Assembly (NCBI GenBank): GCA_030141605.1
Contig: JAQGDQ010000611.1
Span: 62,001 to 126,000, forward strand
Reading direction: 5' to 3'
Length of the DNA stretch: 64,000 nt
DNA from: Tubiluchus corallicola
Taxonomy: Eukaryota > Animalia > Priapulida
The stretch's first letter is position 1; each line of letters opens with the position of its first letter. The notes under the pieces were generated by a model. It worked only from the letters and a program-made list of their open reading frames with translations, searched no databases and had not been told where the DNA came from. The position numbers and the translations under genes are program-made. Shown here in pieces: positions 62,444 through 64,000 of the stretch.

Positions 62444-63858
62444 AACACGTTCACTCAGTACTAAGTTCAACAACACGTTCACTCAGTACCAAGTTCAACA
62501 ACACGTTCACTCAGTACTAAGTTCAACAACACGTTCACTCAGTACTAAGTTCAACAACACGTTCACTCAGTACTAAGTTCAACAACACGTTCACTCAGTA
62601 CTAAGTTCAACAACACGTTCACTCAGTACCAAGTTCAACAACACGTTCACTCAGTACCAAGTTCAACAACACGTTCACTCAGTACCAAGTTCAACAACAC
62701 GTTCACTCAGTACCAAGTTCAACAACACGTTCACTCAGTACCAAGTTCAACAACACGTTCACTCAGTACCAAGTTCAACAACACGTTCACTCAGTACCAA
62801 GTTCAACAACACGTTCACTCAGTACCAAGTTCAACAACACGTTCACTCAGTACTAAGTTCATCAACATGTTCACTCAGTACCAAGTTCAACAACACGTTC
62901 ACTCAGTACCAAGTTCAACAACACGTTCACTCAGTACTAAGTTCAACAGCACGTTCATTCAGTACCAAGTTCAACAACACGTTCACTCAGTACCAAGTTC
63001 AACAACACGTTCACTCAGTACCAAGTTCAACAACACGTTCACTCAGTACCAAGTTCAACAACACGTTCACTCAGTACCAAGTTCAACAACACGTTCACTC
63101 AGTACCAAGTTCAACAACACGTTCACTCAGTACCAAGTTCAACAACACGTTCACTCAGTATCAAGTTCAACAACACGTTCACTCAGTACTAAGTTCAACA
63201 GCACGTTCACTCAGTACTAAGTTCAACAACACGTTCACTCAGTACAAGTTCAACAACACTCACTCAGTACCAAGTTCAACAACACGTTCACTCAGTACCA
63301 AGTTCAACAACACGTTCACTCAGTACCAAGTTCAACAACACGTTCACTCAGTACCAAGTTCAACAACACGTTCACTCAGTACCAAGTTCAACAACACGTT
63401 CACTCAGTACTAAGTTCATCAACATGTTCACTCAGTACCAAGTTCAACAACACGTTCACTCAGTACCAAGTTCAACAACACGTTCACTCAGTACTAAGTT
63501 CAACAACACGTTCACTCAGTACCAAGTTCAACAACACGTTCACTCAGTACCAAGTTCAACAACACGTTCACTCAGTACCAAGTTCAACAACACGTTCACT
63601 CAGTACCAAGTTCAACAACACGTTCACTCAGTACCAAGTTCAACAACACGTTCACTCAGTACCAAGTTCAACAACACGTTCACTCAGTACCAAGTTCAAC
63701 AACACGTTCACTCAGTACTAAGTTCAACACACGTTCACTCAGTACAAGTCACACGTTCATCAGTACAAAGTTCAACAACACGTTCACTCAGTACCAAGTT
63801 CAACAACACGTTCACTCAGTACCGAGTTCAACAACACGTTCACTCAGTACCAAGTTCA
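62444..63858. repeat. 28-bp tandem satellite, ~50 copies
   Basis: Unit AACACGTTCACTCAGTACCAAGTTCAAC. Confidence 0.97.
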
Positions 63859-64000
63859 TAAACTTTTAATTTTTACAGCAAAAAATGAAAATCTTGTAGT
63901 TTGATTTGTCCACAGTTAAAGGAAGACCGGACGACGATTGTTTAGACTCAATCTCTTTTTAGTTTACTGTCCAAAATATACATTTTCTTGCCTACAAAAG

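Noticed and set aside
62444-63858. CRISPR-like 28-bp repeat array and its repetitive ORFs
   Set aside because: Units are head-to-tail with no unique spacers; no cas genes; eukaryotic context

Overview
AT-rich animal (most likely protostome invertebrate) genomic DNA, dense in micro/minisatellites and non-autonomous transposons. I reconstructed two spliced minus-strand genes by hand with consistent splice phases. The first is a fukutin (FKTN)-like LicD-family gene (8 coding exons, 41924-32342, ~470 aa). The second is a ZDHHC9/14/18-subfamily palmitoyltransferase (8 coding exons, 58069-49575, ~294 aa) with a U12-type AT-AC intron and an unusual DHHC-HY active-site context. An intronless, decayed ionotropic-receptor (IR/iGluR) pseudogene lies antisense inside a ZDHHC intron. 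The left ~30 kb has no recognisable protein gene. It holds LINE fragments, Kolobok-like, hAT and Harbinger-like elements, tRNA-SINEs and an HSE-rich LTR-like element. Top leads: minimal hammerhead ribozyme motifs with a compensatory U3-A8 core, the AT-AC intron, the nested IR pseudogene, a zero-length-exon (AG|GT) site in fukutin, and a multi-branch RNA-like fold upstream of the fukutin ATG. Most ORF-track ORFs are simple-repeat artefacts. All homology calls come from motif recognition, not database searches.
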